Of a stretch of DNA of 64,000 bases, positions 48,867 to 61,870 are shown piece after piece. The stretch lies in NCBI GenBank assembly GCA_051294375.1, contig CM119265.1:21762278-21826277 (forward strand), in the 5' to 3' direction. The notes below the pieces were generated by a model. The model ran no database searches, had not been told where the DNA came from, and saw nothing but the letters and a program-made list of their open reading frames with translations. Both the position numbers and the translations under genes were made by a program. This DNA is from Paraspadella gotoi. Its lineage: Eukaryota; Animalia; Chaetognatha. Within the stretch, counting starts at the first letter, position 1; each line of letters begins with the position of its first letter.

Positions 48867-51800
48867 TCACCAGACTTCGCACTTGGTGGGAGGGTTCATC
48901 TTATCCGCGGCGCCGCAATTCCACTCGCGAGAAAACTCGCGCGAATTGCTGAGAGTTCCGATCACTCTCCACTTGGGAGGCGCGTGCGGATCGGCCATAA
49001 GATCCGAGCGCGAGCTCTGTCGCGTCGCCGACGCGCACCACACCTGGATAGTGGATAATATTAAAAGCATTATTAATTTGTTATTGAAAATTATCTTTTA
49101 AAGTACATATATCTAAATTTTATCACCTGAGCGAAGCCGACGAAAAAGAGTTGCGACGAGGTTAAATTCACCCCGGGGAGAATGGGATCTGTAACGTCGG
49201 AGACGCTACGCCACGTTGAAAACGCCTTCATTCGGGAATCAAGAATGCTGCGCGTTTTAATGACTTTCGGTTTACCGCATTGATTCATACTTTTTTATTT
49301 TATAAAAGAAATATTCCGATCTATCTATGACGCAATAACAGGAAGATGTAGAAGATCCATAAATCCCCTTTATAAAGCTGTTTTATTATTTTATAATCAT
49401 TTAGTCCCCTTTTCTTTGGAAATATGTACAACTTACTCCTTGAGTTTTTTCTTTTTTTTTTGTTTTCAGAATAATACAAGAATACATCATTAGAAAGCTT
49501 TTTTTATTACTGCTTGTTTTTTTTTGTTTTTTTTTCATAAAGAATTTCAAATTTGTTAAAAAAACTTGAACGTATCCTTTTCCTTTTCCTTTTTTACCTT
49601 GAAGGCTGCCTTCAGGCCTCCGTTATCGGCGATATTTTCTCCTAGATTTAACTTCCCGTTGAGCTTTTCACCGTCGATGGTATAGCTCGAGTATTGATCC
49701 ACGAGGCACTTGGCGTGTTCCTTGAAGTGGGTCAAGGAATCGTTCGTCCACCACGAGGCCAAATTCCCGCTCTTGTCGTACTCGCTTCCTGGGTGTTGGG
49801 TAGTGAAATGAAGTATGTGGTTGACTTTAACCCCCCCCCCCCAAAAAAAAAACACAATTAACCTTGATCGTCAAAACCATGGGTAAGTTCATGGCCCATG
49901 ACTACCCCAATTCCTCCGAAGTTTAGGGATTTTGGGTAATCGGCATCGTAAAATGGAACCTGCAAAATTTTTCTTCAATTACCCTTTGGCATTGGCTTAC
50001 TATTTATTTTTGTTATTTTCAATTTATTTTACCTTTTATCATATTAATTTTTCCCCTTTTTTCTATCTTTCTTTCTTTCTAAAGTTGAATATTTAACATA
50101 AACTAAAAAGTGACTTATAAAGTTGAATATTTAACATAAACAAAAAAAGTGACTTATAAAGTTGATGGTTAAAAAATTGTTTGAAAAAAAAAGGTCTTTA
50201 CTATTGCTAAGAATGTTAGGAATTCTTTCTTTCTTTCTTTCATTCATTCATTCATTCATTCATTCATTCATTCATTCATTCATTCATTCATTCATTCATT
50301 CATTCTTTCATTCATTCATTCTTTCTTTATTTCTCTGTTTCTTTCGCACCTGCAAGATTCCCGCGGGAAAGACCATCTCGTTTTTAGTAGGTTCGTAATA
50401 GGCGTTGACTTGTGGCGGGGTCATGTCCCACTTTTTGCGGTCAACTTTTTTCCGCAACTTGCGCAGGTTGCGTCGGAGCCCGAATCGGGCGGCGGCGACG
50501 ACATTATCGAAGTAAGTGGAGTTGTCGACGGAAAGATCGTCGTAGTAGTCGTCGAGGCGATCGGTGTCGGTGATGAAGTCTGGATAGCCGACCATGTCGG
50601 TAACCGCGTCGGCCTGATTGAAGAAAAAAAAATACCCGCCGCACTAATTCAACATATCGTCAACGGTATGATGGAGCAAATAAAACAAAACCCCAGCACC
50701 TTTTCAAGCGCCTTCTTCCTCGTGACATCGTCCATCCAGGAGACGGCCCGGATGCTGTCCTCAAACGAGGCACGGATGCGACCGATCATGTCCTTGGCGT
50801 CGAGTTTGGAGCGACCCTTGAAGGCCTCGTCGACGAACATTGCCCCGAGGGCGAAACCCAGGGTAGCGTCGACGTCCTCCACGCATTCTTTCCATTTTTC
50901 CACGACGCCGCTGGAGCCCTGTGGAACGAGGGTATTCAAAAGTTAATTCGAAATTCAAATGAAAATTGTCTAACCAATAAAAAAAATATTTTTTTCATTC
51001 AATAAATAAGCTCTCTTGCATCCTAATTTTGGAGAGGCTTCTAAAAGATATTCTATTAACTCCAGAGGTTACTATCCCAATCTTTTTATCTAAAAAGAGT
51101 GCAAAAATAGGCAAACAAATTGCTTAGTAGGACGATAATTAAATCAATTCAGGATAGGCGTAGCAATACTAGCAATCGGGTGGCACCAGAGGGCCTTAAG
51201 GCGTTAGGCACAACAATACTATCCCACTCTTTTTATCTAACGGACGTGGCAAGGTTCGTGCATTTGTTCAATTATTTATTCTTCTCATCTTCAATACTAG
51301 GAGTAAAGTTAATCTTATTCATTTTTACATCAATTTATTTATTTAATATTCTACTGTCTGTTTTTATTTCTTTATTCATTTTTTACATTCATTGATTCTT
51401 TTCCCAACGCAACGGACCTTTGTCGCCTGAGACAAGGGCGTCTTCGCCCTCCGATACTTCTCCGTCAGAAAGTTACTGTAGTAATACACCGTGTGCCAGA
51501 CCAAGTAGTTGTTGAGGACGGTCTTGTTGTAGTCGGAGGAGGAGTACTCTTCGAGCAGAGCGTCGAGTCGACGGAGATATTCGGGGGCGTAGACGACGAC
51601 GCGCTCCCGTTCGTCGACGACGACGACTTCCGGGTCATCGACGGCGAAATCGAGCCGAGCATTGACGTAACGAGTCCAGTCGATGAAGGGCGCCAGCGTC
51701 GTCAGCTCCGCCAGCGTCATCTTGTGGTAGAGACTAGATTCGTCGCGTCGTTCCTCGTTGGGGATCGTGATGTTGGCGAGGCGTTTCTCAAAGGAGACGA

Positions 51801-54800
51801 TGTCGGAGGCCTGGAGAAGAATGGATATTTATTTATAAAATTATTAATTTATTATTAATGCCTTTTTGCTTCTTTTGGCAAATATTTTCCAAGTTAATTA
51901 TTGATACACTAAGTTAATTATAAAATACCATCTTGGAAAATGAGTAAGTCGCCAAAACTTTGGGCTATCTTTTGATCCCTTTAGTATCAAAACACGGGAG
52001 AAAAATAATATATTTTAAAAATTTGGCTTTTTGTGATTTGAACGAGCTATTGTTCTGTAAAATGCGATTAAAAGTTCAAGTGTGAGGTTCGAGTGAAAGG
52101 AAGGATGTAACAAAAAATTTGGCCTTCTCAATTATTATGAAAGTTTTTTTAAAAACAATCATTTATCACATTAGATATATTTTTTTAAATATATTATTAT
52201 ATTTCTACTTTATATAATTTTTAGGGTTTTCGATCAATGCATCATTTGGTTTTAGTATTAAGGTATACTATATAAATAAATGCTAACACACTTAAACCGA
52301 GAAAATCAATCTTAACGTTGAAAAATTTTACTTTGAACCAGAATGTTTTAAATACCTCTTTTCTTTTATTCCTGACTGTGGTATTAATAATTATATTACG
52401 CTCGAAATAGGCTTATTGGAATCAGAAAAGGCTATTTTAAAAAAAAATATAAATACTTCTTTCCCCCGATATTTTAATGAAAAGCTGTAAAAGTTACCGA
52501 AGCTAGAAAAGGTTTCGGCGACTTAGTGATTTTTTTTTTCTTAACCTTCCTTCCACCTGTCTTTTCGCCTCCGCCTCGTCCCCTCCCAACAGCACGGCGA
52601 TGTTGACGATCGTCTCCTCCAAAGCCGCCAACACTTTGCGGTTCGACTCTTTCGTGTCGTTGAGGTAAAAGTTTCGACTGAGCGTCAGTCCGTTTTGGTC
52701 GACGGAAAGAACGTTCCACGTCGAGTTTTTCTCGTCGACGCCGACGAAGCAGCCGAAGAGGGCGTTGTTGGCGTAGCGCGAGTGCAGCGCAGTCACGCGG
52801 GCCTCGAGGTTCCAAGCGACGCCGTCGGCATCGGGGGCGTCGAGGCTGAAGTTGCCCGTGAGATTCCAGAAGCCGACGTCACGAAGAATTTGACGGAGGG
52901 GTTCGTCGCCTGGAAACCGAAGAGACGGAGATGAGGTTGAATTGATGGAGATCGATTGGGTTTTGTTGGAGAGAGATTAGGCTTTGATGGAGTGGATGTG
53001 AATTTTATAGGGAAAAATGATTTGTTTAATTGGAAAGATATGTACAATTGTACATGCTTCCAGTCTTGATCAGCGCAAGTGACAGAGTTTTTAAAATAAA
53101 TGTTCAAAGACATAAGAGAGAGAGCTGAGAGGAATTTTGAAAATCTTTGAACATTTATTTCAAAAACTGATGAAGGGTCGCATAAGACAGGAAACACCTT
53201 TTAATAGTTTCTAATAAAACAAAACACTTTGATAACAAATCAAAGATTTTCTTCTCTCAAACGAAACTTAATTACGCAGTGAAAGAGAAACATTTTTTTC
53301 CCTCGAGTAAGAAAATTTTAATCTTCTTTTCCTTGATTATCCCTCTCCTCATCTCTCTCTCCCTCCACCTTTGCTATAAGTTATAAGTATAACCAACCGA
53401 GTTCATCAATGAGTTTTTCCTCATCCACGCAAGAAGCGAAGTAATCGGCGACTTTCATTTTCGCTCCTCCTCCTCCTCCTCCCCCTCTCTTCACCTCCTC
53501 CTCCACCGCAGCCTTCATGATGCGTTGGTTGCGCTCTTGCAGCACACCGAAGGTGCCCCAAGTGGATCGTCCGGCGGGGATCGGGTGTTCCCTGATCCAT
53601 CCTCCGCAGGCGAAGTCGTAGAAGTCGTGACATGGATCGACGGACTCGTCGAGGGACGAAAGGATCGATGAGGCGAACTTGACGCAGTTGGTCGTTAGAC
53701 AGGGGGAGTCGTAGTGGGTTTCGGGAACTGTTGGTGGGCGGGTTGAGCAGAGGGGGAATGGAATAGTTAATAAAAATACTAATATTTATATCTTTAAGAG
53801 CCTCCAGTTCTTGCTTACTTTAACCTGGTTTATTTTGCTATTTCGAAAACTATAAATAATAAATTTTCATTGCTTAGGTTTATTGTCTTGAGTGTTTGCT
53901 TGGATCTTGTACAGTTTATAATGAAATTGATCGACCTGCTGTCGGGTTCTCGTCCTTCTTCTCGTCGACGGCCTGCTTGACGGTGGAGAGTCGAACGGCA
54001 AGAGAGAAGATGACGACGACGGCGATGAAGAGGAATAGGCCGAGGATGAGTTCTAGTCGCGTGCGGCGCCCGAGCCACGCCCCCTTCAACGCGCCGCGGA
54101 AGGCCACCGAAGGGTCGAACACGTGAAAACCACCCGCGTGGGCGGCACCTGATAGTATGCGAAGATCGACTTGGGAACAAAATTTTTATATTTTCTTTCT
54201 TTCTTTCTTCCGCGAATGGTTTTAATACTTATATCAGACCCCGGCAAACGTCAATTGGTCATTGATTGCCATTTTGATTGGTAATTTTAAGTATACGAGG
54301 CAAGCAAAGAACACTAACTGTACCTAAGTTTCTGCTCTTCTTTTCCTAGCCACATTTTTAAACAAAAACCTTCAACAATTGCAAATATATACAAGCAAAG
54401 GTTTAAAGTTTAGGGCTGCGTCTTATTTTTGTCAATTTTAAGCAATACATGGAGTGTTGGTGTGAATGTGATGCCATATCCATTTTTCCTCATAAAGTTG
54501 AAACATTAACATTTTTTTCTTAACTATAATATAAAAAGTTTACATAATTAAAAATATATAATTTTTTTTATTTTTAATCAATTTTGTGGCGCAAAATGAC
54601 ATACCTTTGATATCCTTTCCTCCCGCCTTTTAACTTCTTTACAATCTCCGTCGATTTTTTGTCAATTCGAAAAAAGTTTTAAATTGTAGACAAAAAATTT
54701 TAACATCATGACCCAACCACTTATTTAATTTCATAACAAATTTCAGTAAATGTTCCCATGTGTCTGTATTTTCATGGTAAAGGTTAAAAAAAAAGTTATC

Positions 54801-56412
54801 ATTAAAAAGATATTTAATTAAATATGAAATAAAATTTAAAAAAATTGTAAAAAAAATTATCGACGTAATTTAGGCAGGGACATCAGGGAACTCATTTTCA
54901 AGGTTTAAAACATAGTGATAAAGGTTAAACAAGGCTTCAGCATCATATGTTACCATAGGGTTTTACCCAGAAATTTATTTTCTTGTTACACTGGTACAAA
55001 CAAATGTATATTTTAAAAATATAACTAGATCAATGTAATTTAAAATATTACTTTTTGAATAACAGTTAGAATTACGTTTCTACATTTTGTTTTGAAAAGG
55101 GCAAGTCTTATCTTTCAATATCTTTTATACAGTAATTTTTTTTAAATCCCTTCTTTTTTGTTTCAAATTTCCTACTTTTTTCGGCAGATAGACAAATAAA
55201 AATTTCGGCAAACACTTCCGGTCCCTACTATTATTTATGTTTTGTTTAGTATATTTAAAATTTTAAATTTTTTTACAAAATAAGGGGCAAACAAGTAGAT
55301 GCATATGTATATTTTGGGCCTCCTTAATATACAATTATAATTATATATTGTAATTTGCACGATTTTCTTATTGATTGTACTTATTCGATATTAAAAATAT
55401 TTTTGGAAACGAATCATATTCTCAATTTTCAGATTCTTTTGAAAGATTCTACGAAATCAGTTTGAAAGGCTAGTTATAATTATAGTGGTGAATTTTTTTG
55501 TATAGTAAATAATTACGTAAAAAGATATATTTTTAGGAAACACAACCTCGTGGAATCCACGCTAGTTCCTGCTCACCCCATGACCCAAGTGGTAAAAACC
55601 GAAGACTTCCCGCATGAAATCGAAAATCGGTTTTTTTTCCCAAGTATATAGAAATTTGCACTGACAAATGCAATCATTAATGAATTAAAATTTATTATTA
55701 ACCAAACCCTGCCTATCCCCGACCTTACCTTAAGATTTATTATTAACCAAACCCTGCCTATCCCCGACCTTACCCGGAACAACGTTGGAATCGATGCTCG
55801 AACCCCCGACGCTCTCTCCGTCACCCTCCTCAAACTCCGTGCGTTTGTACCGATTCGTCGTCATCTCTATAAAGACCGCTTTCGCGGGATCGCGGTCGGC
55901 GCCACCGTCAACGGCGCTCGATTTCCCGAATTTGTCGCCGTATTTGTCGCCGGGGTTTTCCCCAGTTTCGTTGTCCGTGGGCGATAGATTGTGCAGAGCT
56001 TGAACGACGGAGCTGCTCTCGCGATGAACGCAAGGAATCTCGCTCCGTTTATCTTTATCGTCGTCGCTCTCGTCGTCGTTCGTTACGTTGGCCGGAGCCG
56101 CTTCTTCGGCCGTCGCAGCCCCGGACGCTGCCGCGTCGGCGAGGCGTCGCTGCCCGCGCTGCCGCCGCCGCTGCCGACCCCGGAACGCGAAATTGTTTCG
56201 GAGGGAAGAGAAGCGGGCGGAGAAGAGGCGGAGCGGCTGACCGCGGAGGGCGGAAGCGAGACGCGAACGGGGTCGCGACGATCGGGGCGGGGACGACTCT
56301 ACGCCCTCGGACCCGTTCGAACGGGCGATCGTTCGAGACTCGCAGTAAGGAGACGCAGAATCAGAGTGGAGGTTGGCGAAGCGGAAGTTTATCTTTTCTC
56401 TCTGTTTGAGGC

Positions 56413-56511
<99 letters not shown>

Positions 56512-57306
56512 CGAGAGCTCTTGAGAGATTTTGAAACGATAACATGTTAGTTCGAGGTTGGCTCGGGAAAGTTTTAAGATTTATTTCGAAAACTTGGAAG
56601 ATTAACAAAGCGAAAGCTAATATATATTACTAATTATTTCCCAAACTATCAGTAGTTTTTCTAATCGCATTTGAATATTAAAAACCTAATTATTTGTATT
56701 CGGTCATCTTTATGATCCTCAGTTTAAAATTAAATAACTCATAATTATAAAACAAAATTGTAAAAAAAAAACTCCAAATTTGTTTTCTTTTTGAAAATGT
56801 AGGACAACATTGATAACAACAACACTTTTTACCATCGTTTAAGTGCGCGCTATTTTGGCGCTGAATGACGACGACGACGACGACGACTCACCATCGTTGG
56901 CCACAGCTGTAGCGTAATTCGCGTCCCCGGGAGTCGCAAAAACCGTCTCCGCTGCCGCCGCTGCAGTCTCAGCCGTCTCAGACGCTGCGACCGGTGATAT
57001 GGACGGTCCCTCGTTTTCCTCGGGCGAGGCGAGCGAGATAGAGCAAGTGGGAGACCGAAAATGGGCGTGGCGTATCTCGGCAAGCATTGATTGCGGCGAC
57101 TTGGGTTCGGAGATCTCATCGTCGAATTGCGCCGGCCTCGCCATTGACGACGACGTTCGGCGCCGAGTTCCGGAAGGAAACGCAGACGAAAGAGATGAAA
57201 TAGAGTGCGGACGAGCGAGCGGCGTTTCTGCGCTGGAAGGCGACGGGTGGGTAGGGACGGCGCCGTCTTGCACGAGAAGAAAGGCGCGCGAGTCGACGGA
57301 AGTCAT
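48867..57306 (-). CDS. Endothelin-converting-enzyme/neprilysin-like M13 metallopeptidase (type II membrane protein)
   Basis: [52 protein letters not shown] (about 49862-49895), [10 protein letters not shown]-terminal [17 protein letters not shown]...[10 protein letters not shown]. Confidence 0.95.
50081..50165. repeat. 39-bp tandem duplication
   Basis: aaagttgaatatttaacataaac(t/a)aaaaagtgacttat twice, intronic. Confidence 0.85.
50238..50320. repeat. (TTCA)n microsatellite
   Basis: Direct reading. Confidence 0.95.
55690..55774. repeat. 45-bp-period tandem duplication including a splice donor
   Basis: atttattattaaccaaaccctgcctatccccgaccttacc at 55690 and 55735. Confidence 0.9.
56414..56512. 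repeat. (AG)n microsatellite (others at about 488-535, 7257-7310, 25590-25704, 26234-26275, 27704-27789)
   Basis: Direct reading. This tract forms the polypyrimidine tract of a minus-strand acceptor. Confidence 0.95.
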
Positions 57307-58297
57307 CGCTCGAGTTTATTGTATTTATCGTGCGTCTTTGGCGCTTTGAAAGTCGCTCTTCCTTCGCAGTCGACGCCTGGCAGCGCGTCGCAATGCGACG
57401 CCGCTTAAATTAGCCCCTGGACGCCGATAATTTTTATTTTCCGGGCGGTGAACGCCTTTGACGTTAAGTAGGCGTGACGCAAGAGACATCAACTTCAATG
57501 CAACCAGTGACGATATCTACGAACAAGAGGCAAAATCGATTTAGGGCGAAGGACGAGAGGGGAAAAAGAATTGAGTGATAGAAAGTAAGAGAGGAAAAAA
57601 AGTTGAATGTGGAACTAAGAGATGATAGAATGGAAGCGGAAAAAGAAAATAAGGTAAGAGAAAGAGAATAAAGAAAATATATTTTTTTTAAAATATAAAA
57701 AAAGAGAATTAGCGCTGATGGAAAAAGAAGGAGAGAGACGTTAATTTGAAGGCGGACCCGCTTAAAGGAGGAAGCAGAGGAAAAAAAAAGGGAAGGATGA
57801 GGAGGAGGAATGGAGAAGGAAGAGTCCATATGGTGATATTTGCAATGAAAATACGACAGATTGATAACTAACTGATAACAAAATGACAAACAAACTTTTA
57901 AAGCAGATGGAAGAGTAATGCGCTGTTACTAACGAGTGTTAGAAAGAATCATTGTTCGATTTACGACTACATTTTAAACAAAGAAATATAGCTATAGGAA
58001 AAGGAATACGCCTCAATAGGCAAATGCATTTTTTCAAAATTTATCTCGGACGCAAAAAGACTTTATTAACTCCCAACATGTTTTACAAGAACGTGAAGAA
58101 ATGGTCCATGAGTTATGGCATAACGTATAAATTAGGATTTTTTTATTTCTTTAAGAGAAATAATAATCTTTTAGAACTGGAACGGTTTCCCCAGCGAAAA
58201 ATACAGAGAATACCTTTTGTTTTCCCAGATTAAAAGCCGAGAGATTTTCAGTTGAATAATGTATATAACCGGAGCAACAACATGCAAAGTACGTGAA

Positions 58298-58370
58298 GAC
58301 CGCGTGGCCTAATGGAGAAGGCGTCTGACTTCGGATCAGAAGATTGAGGGTTCGAGTCCCTTCGTGGTCG
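58298..58370 (+). tRNA. tRNA-Arg (anticodon TCG)
   Basis: GACCGCGTGGCCTAATGGAGAAGGCGTCTGACTTCGGATCAGAAGATTGAGGGTTCGAGTCCCTTCGTGGTCG. Full cloverleaf, followed by a TTTT terminator. Confidence 0.97.
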
Positions 58371-58660
58371 CTACTTTTACCGCTATCAAAATATCGTTTG
58401 GTAATAATAAAATAATATTGACAATACCTGATAACAAAAACTGCGGGCGAGCGTATCGAATAATTCAGATTTTTCCTTTTTTAGCGAAAATACGATTTAC
58501 TTAACACATTCTTTTGACACATTCTTTTATTAATCTTAGAAAAACGTCACGATGAATTTTTTTAATTGCTTTTATTTTCGTTTCAGGGAGAGTGGATTTT
58601 TAATCTTGCGCGCCTCACTTCTAATTCTTATTTTTTAGAATCAAACAAAAGGCTGAGAGG

Positions 58661-59182
58661 ATGTTTATAATTAAGATTGCCATCGTCGTCTCCCTCGCTA
58701 TTTTGTTGGTTGAAGGGACCGGAAGGGTAACTTAATGACAAAGAAATACGGAGTAGGTAAAAGAGAAACGCTAACATAATTGACATCTTATTGCGTAGGA
58801 ATCGGATGTCATGGCAAAAAAATTAGGAAGAAGAGCGATGATGCCAATACAAAGGAGGTATATCGATCACATTACACTCTTCAACAGTGTTTAATTACAA
58901 AATGTTACTTGTTAACGGATATAATGGAATTTTAACGTATTGCTATCTATCGCTATAGATTCCTCGATATTCAAAGTCGATTCCATCAATTCAATCAACT
59001 AGTTCAAAGAACAGATTATTCCACTTTCCACGTTTCGAGGTTGGTGCTAACTTTTGCTAAGTCGCTATTATTTCGTTAATATATTACTTTTTTTTTCATT
59101 TAGTCTGCGAAATTTTAAGAATAAAATGCAATACTTCAATAATATCATGGATGCCTTGACCAAATTAGATTGGAAGTGCTAA
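58661..59182 (+). CDS. Small four-exon secreted protein, prohormone/neuropeptide-precursor-like
   Basis: Exons 58661-58726, 58799-58857, 58959-59039 and 59104-59182 join in phase: MFIIKIAIVVSLAILLVEGTGRESDVMAKKLGRRAMMPIQRRFLDIQSRFHQFNQLVQRTDYSTFHVSSLRNFKNKMQYFNNIMDALTKLDWKC. Downstream AATAAA. Confidence 0.65.
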
Positions 59183-59472
59183 TTAATTCGGCGGTTCGAT
59201 TTCACCGTGCATGCAATGAAGATCTTTTGACAATAAGTTTAAAATGTAGTTGTTTGACAAAAATTTGTTCAGCGTGAATAGGCTTAAGTCGAAAATAAAT
59301 CTGATCATAGTATGATTTTAAACTGAAAATTAAAATAAATCGTATCGAATTAACTCAGTTACGTTTTACTATTGACCAACGCATTAATCGTTGACTTGAG
59401 AGCTAGCTTTCCTTAGAACTCTGAGGTTCTTTAAAAGTACAACGTATTGTTGTGAAAGAAACAAGAATAAAT

Positions 59473-61870
59473 ATGTCTAATCCGCTGACAGTATCATATC
59501 CCTGTTTGTATTCAAAAGGTTACGAGTTCAATAAACGTTCTTTGTTGTTCAAAGCTGAATTTTTCGCACCTCGAAAAGATGCGCCGCCCTGGTGGCGACA
59601 GGGGCAATATGAAACTAAACAAATGTACAGTGGTCGTCGGAGAAAGGCGGAGAATGTGACGAAAGTAACAAATAAGGAAGGCCCGTCTGAGGTTAGCTAA
59701 AATCGGTATTAAGATTTAAAAATTAATTAAGATTCAATGATAGTTTTTTTCATTTTCGTCGACAGGTAGAGGCGACGTGGGCTGGAAATTTGGTGACTCG
59801 TCACGCCCCTAAGACGACGTCCTGGGGAACGACGACGACGCCGCGGTCATGGCGGACACGTTATAATATCGGAGGATGGGCACCGCGCCGCCGGCGCAGT
59901 CGGGGTCGCGCTCCGGACGAAGTCGAAGGTTATTTTCATCATCCTTATAAAATTGATTTAAAAAAACTCAATCTTTTATGAATCAGTATACACTATACAG
60001 TGATATCAATCCTTTTAGCTTTTTAGAGTTTTAGAGTTTTTTTTTTTTTCAAATATTTTATTAAGATATAAAAATCATGACCATTGACCAATCTCTAAGT
60101 TTCGTTGTATAAAATTGCCATCTTCACGATTTCTAACTATCCAATCATTTAAAGCATAAAATTCCCTCCCATTTCCTCGTAGAAGTCCCGTGCATGTTCT
60201 TACCGAACGAGGAGGCGGCGCCGCCCAAGAGAGAGTCGTCCCTGATTATAGCGGCGGTGAAGTCGTCTTCCGAATCGAAGGAGAAATTGAGATCGATCTT
60301 CGAATCAGTACAAACCATCGGATCTTTCGAGGAGGAGTCCATCGCAGCTAAGGAAGGGATCGTCAAAGTTTGTTCGTCCCAGTTTGATTTCGGAAACAAA
60401 GAAACTAAACAAATTTTCAAACAACGATTTCGTTTAATTTTTTTTGTTAATTTAATACCGCAACCGTACAGAAGGACGAAAGCGGAAGCCAGGACAGTTT
60501 TTGTCGTCTTTCTCGAAACGTGAGCAGTCACAGTTCGATTTGGGACAGCGACAGTTGGGACGGTTGGATCGACGATCACGGGCCTATTCTCGGTCCCGAT
60601 GGACCCGGCTCCGGGGACAGAGTTGCGATCGGGGGTCCTTCCGGCGTTGGAGATATCGGCGCCGCGCCGCTCCCACATGGGCGCGAGGGAGAGACCGAAG
60701 GGAGAGGCCCTTCGAAAGAGAGACTCGGGGTGGAAAGGGAAATCTCTCAAGAGAAGTTGGCGAGCGAGCGAGACGAATTGTCGCCAGAGCTCAGAGATGG
60801 CAGCGGTCCGCGCAGCTCCGATTTACGCGACGGAATTAGTGGAACCGAGATGGACAAGATCAAGGAAAGCAAAGAGAAACAAGGTTTGGGTTTCGTGCAA
60901 AAATCAAAAATTATTTTTTTAAAAATAAACAAAATAGTATTATTATTCGTATAACAAGATTATATAGACATACGTATAATTTATCATGTAAATATTAAAT
61001 ATGCCAGAAGACGTCAAGAAACTAAAAGATAGAAAAGAAGATGCGGAAAGCGTCGCTCAACGAACGATCAGCACCGGCAGTTTTTTCGGCAGCGAAGATT
61101 CCGAACGGCGACGTCAGAAAGCGAGAGAAACAGCGGAAGGGCGATCGGAAGTACGATCGGAAGCGGAAACTCCAAAGACCAAAAGACTCCACCGCCTCCG
61201 CGGTCCTTGGCGTCCACCCATTGGCCCAATCCGCGCTCCAATCAAATGGGGAGAAACCGGGATCGCCTCGCCGCCGGAAATCGGCACGAAGGACGAAGAG
61301 GAACCACAGAGACGAAAGGAGGACCGAAAGGAGAAGGGGCGTCAGATGGAGGACGGCGTGAGCGGAAAATCGCGCCTCACCAGAGGTCTTGCTCCGGCCA
61401 AAAGCCGCGGAAACGAGGCTCCGTCGTCGGTAAGAAAAGCCGACGACGAAAAGTCAACGGTCACTGGTGACAGAAGCCATCGCGTTAAAAAATTGCAACA
61501 ATCGACGTCGCGGAGAAAGTCTTCGGGATCCTCGACAGCTTCTAATACGGGAACAAGGAAACGTCGAGAGGGTGAAAGGAATGAGAGAGAAGAGAGAGAG
61601 AGAGAGAAGTAGAGAGAGAGAGAGAGAGCCCGAGAGAGGAGAGAGAGAGAGAGCGCTTTTATTTTTTTTCCGAATGGTTACCGTATAGCGCTTCGTATCA
61701 GATCCGTCCATCGTCAGTTCGGAGTCAAGTCGGCGCAACATCCTTCGGCAGTCGAGGTTTTTCACCGAAAAAATCAGAACCGAAGACGAAGACGCTTCCC
61801 CTTCGTCTATGCCTCGATGACAAATGCAGCATCAGCATCAGTCTATTTAATTGTATTTTCAACAATTGAA
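59473..61870 (+). CDS. Uncharacterised multi-exon low-complexity (charged, Ser/Arg-rich) protein; ends uncertain
   Basis: GC-rich exons at about 59473-59692, 59766-59928, 60183-60367, 60473-60882 and 61008-61571 join in phase through GT-AG introns. No recognisable domain. Confidence 0.6.

Noticed and set aside
53161-53205. CTGATGA...GAAA motif in an M13 intron
   Set aside because: Stem II is only 3 bp with mismatches and stem III is not formed. At best a heavily decayed hammerhead.
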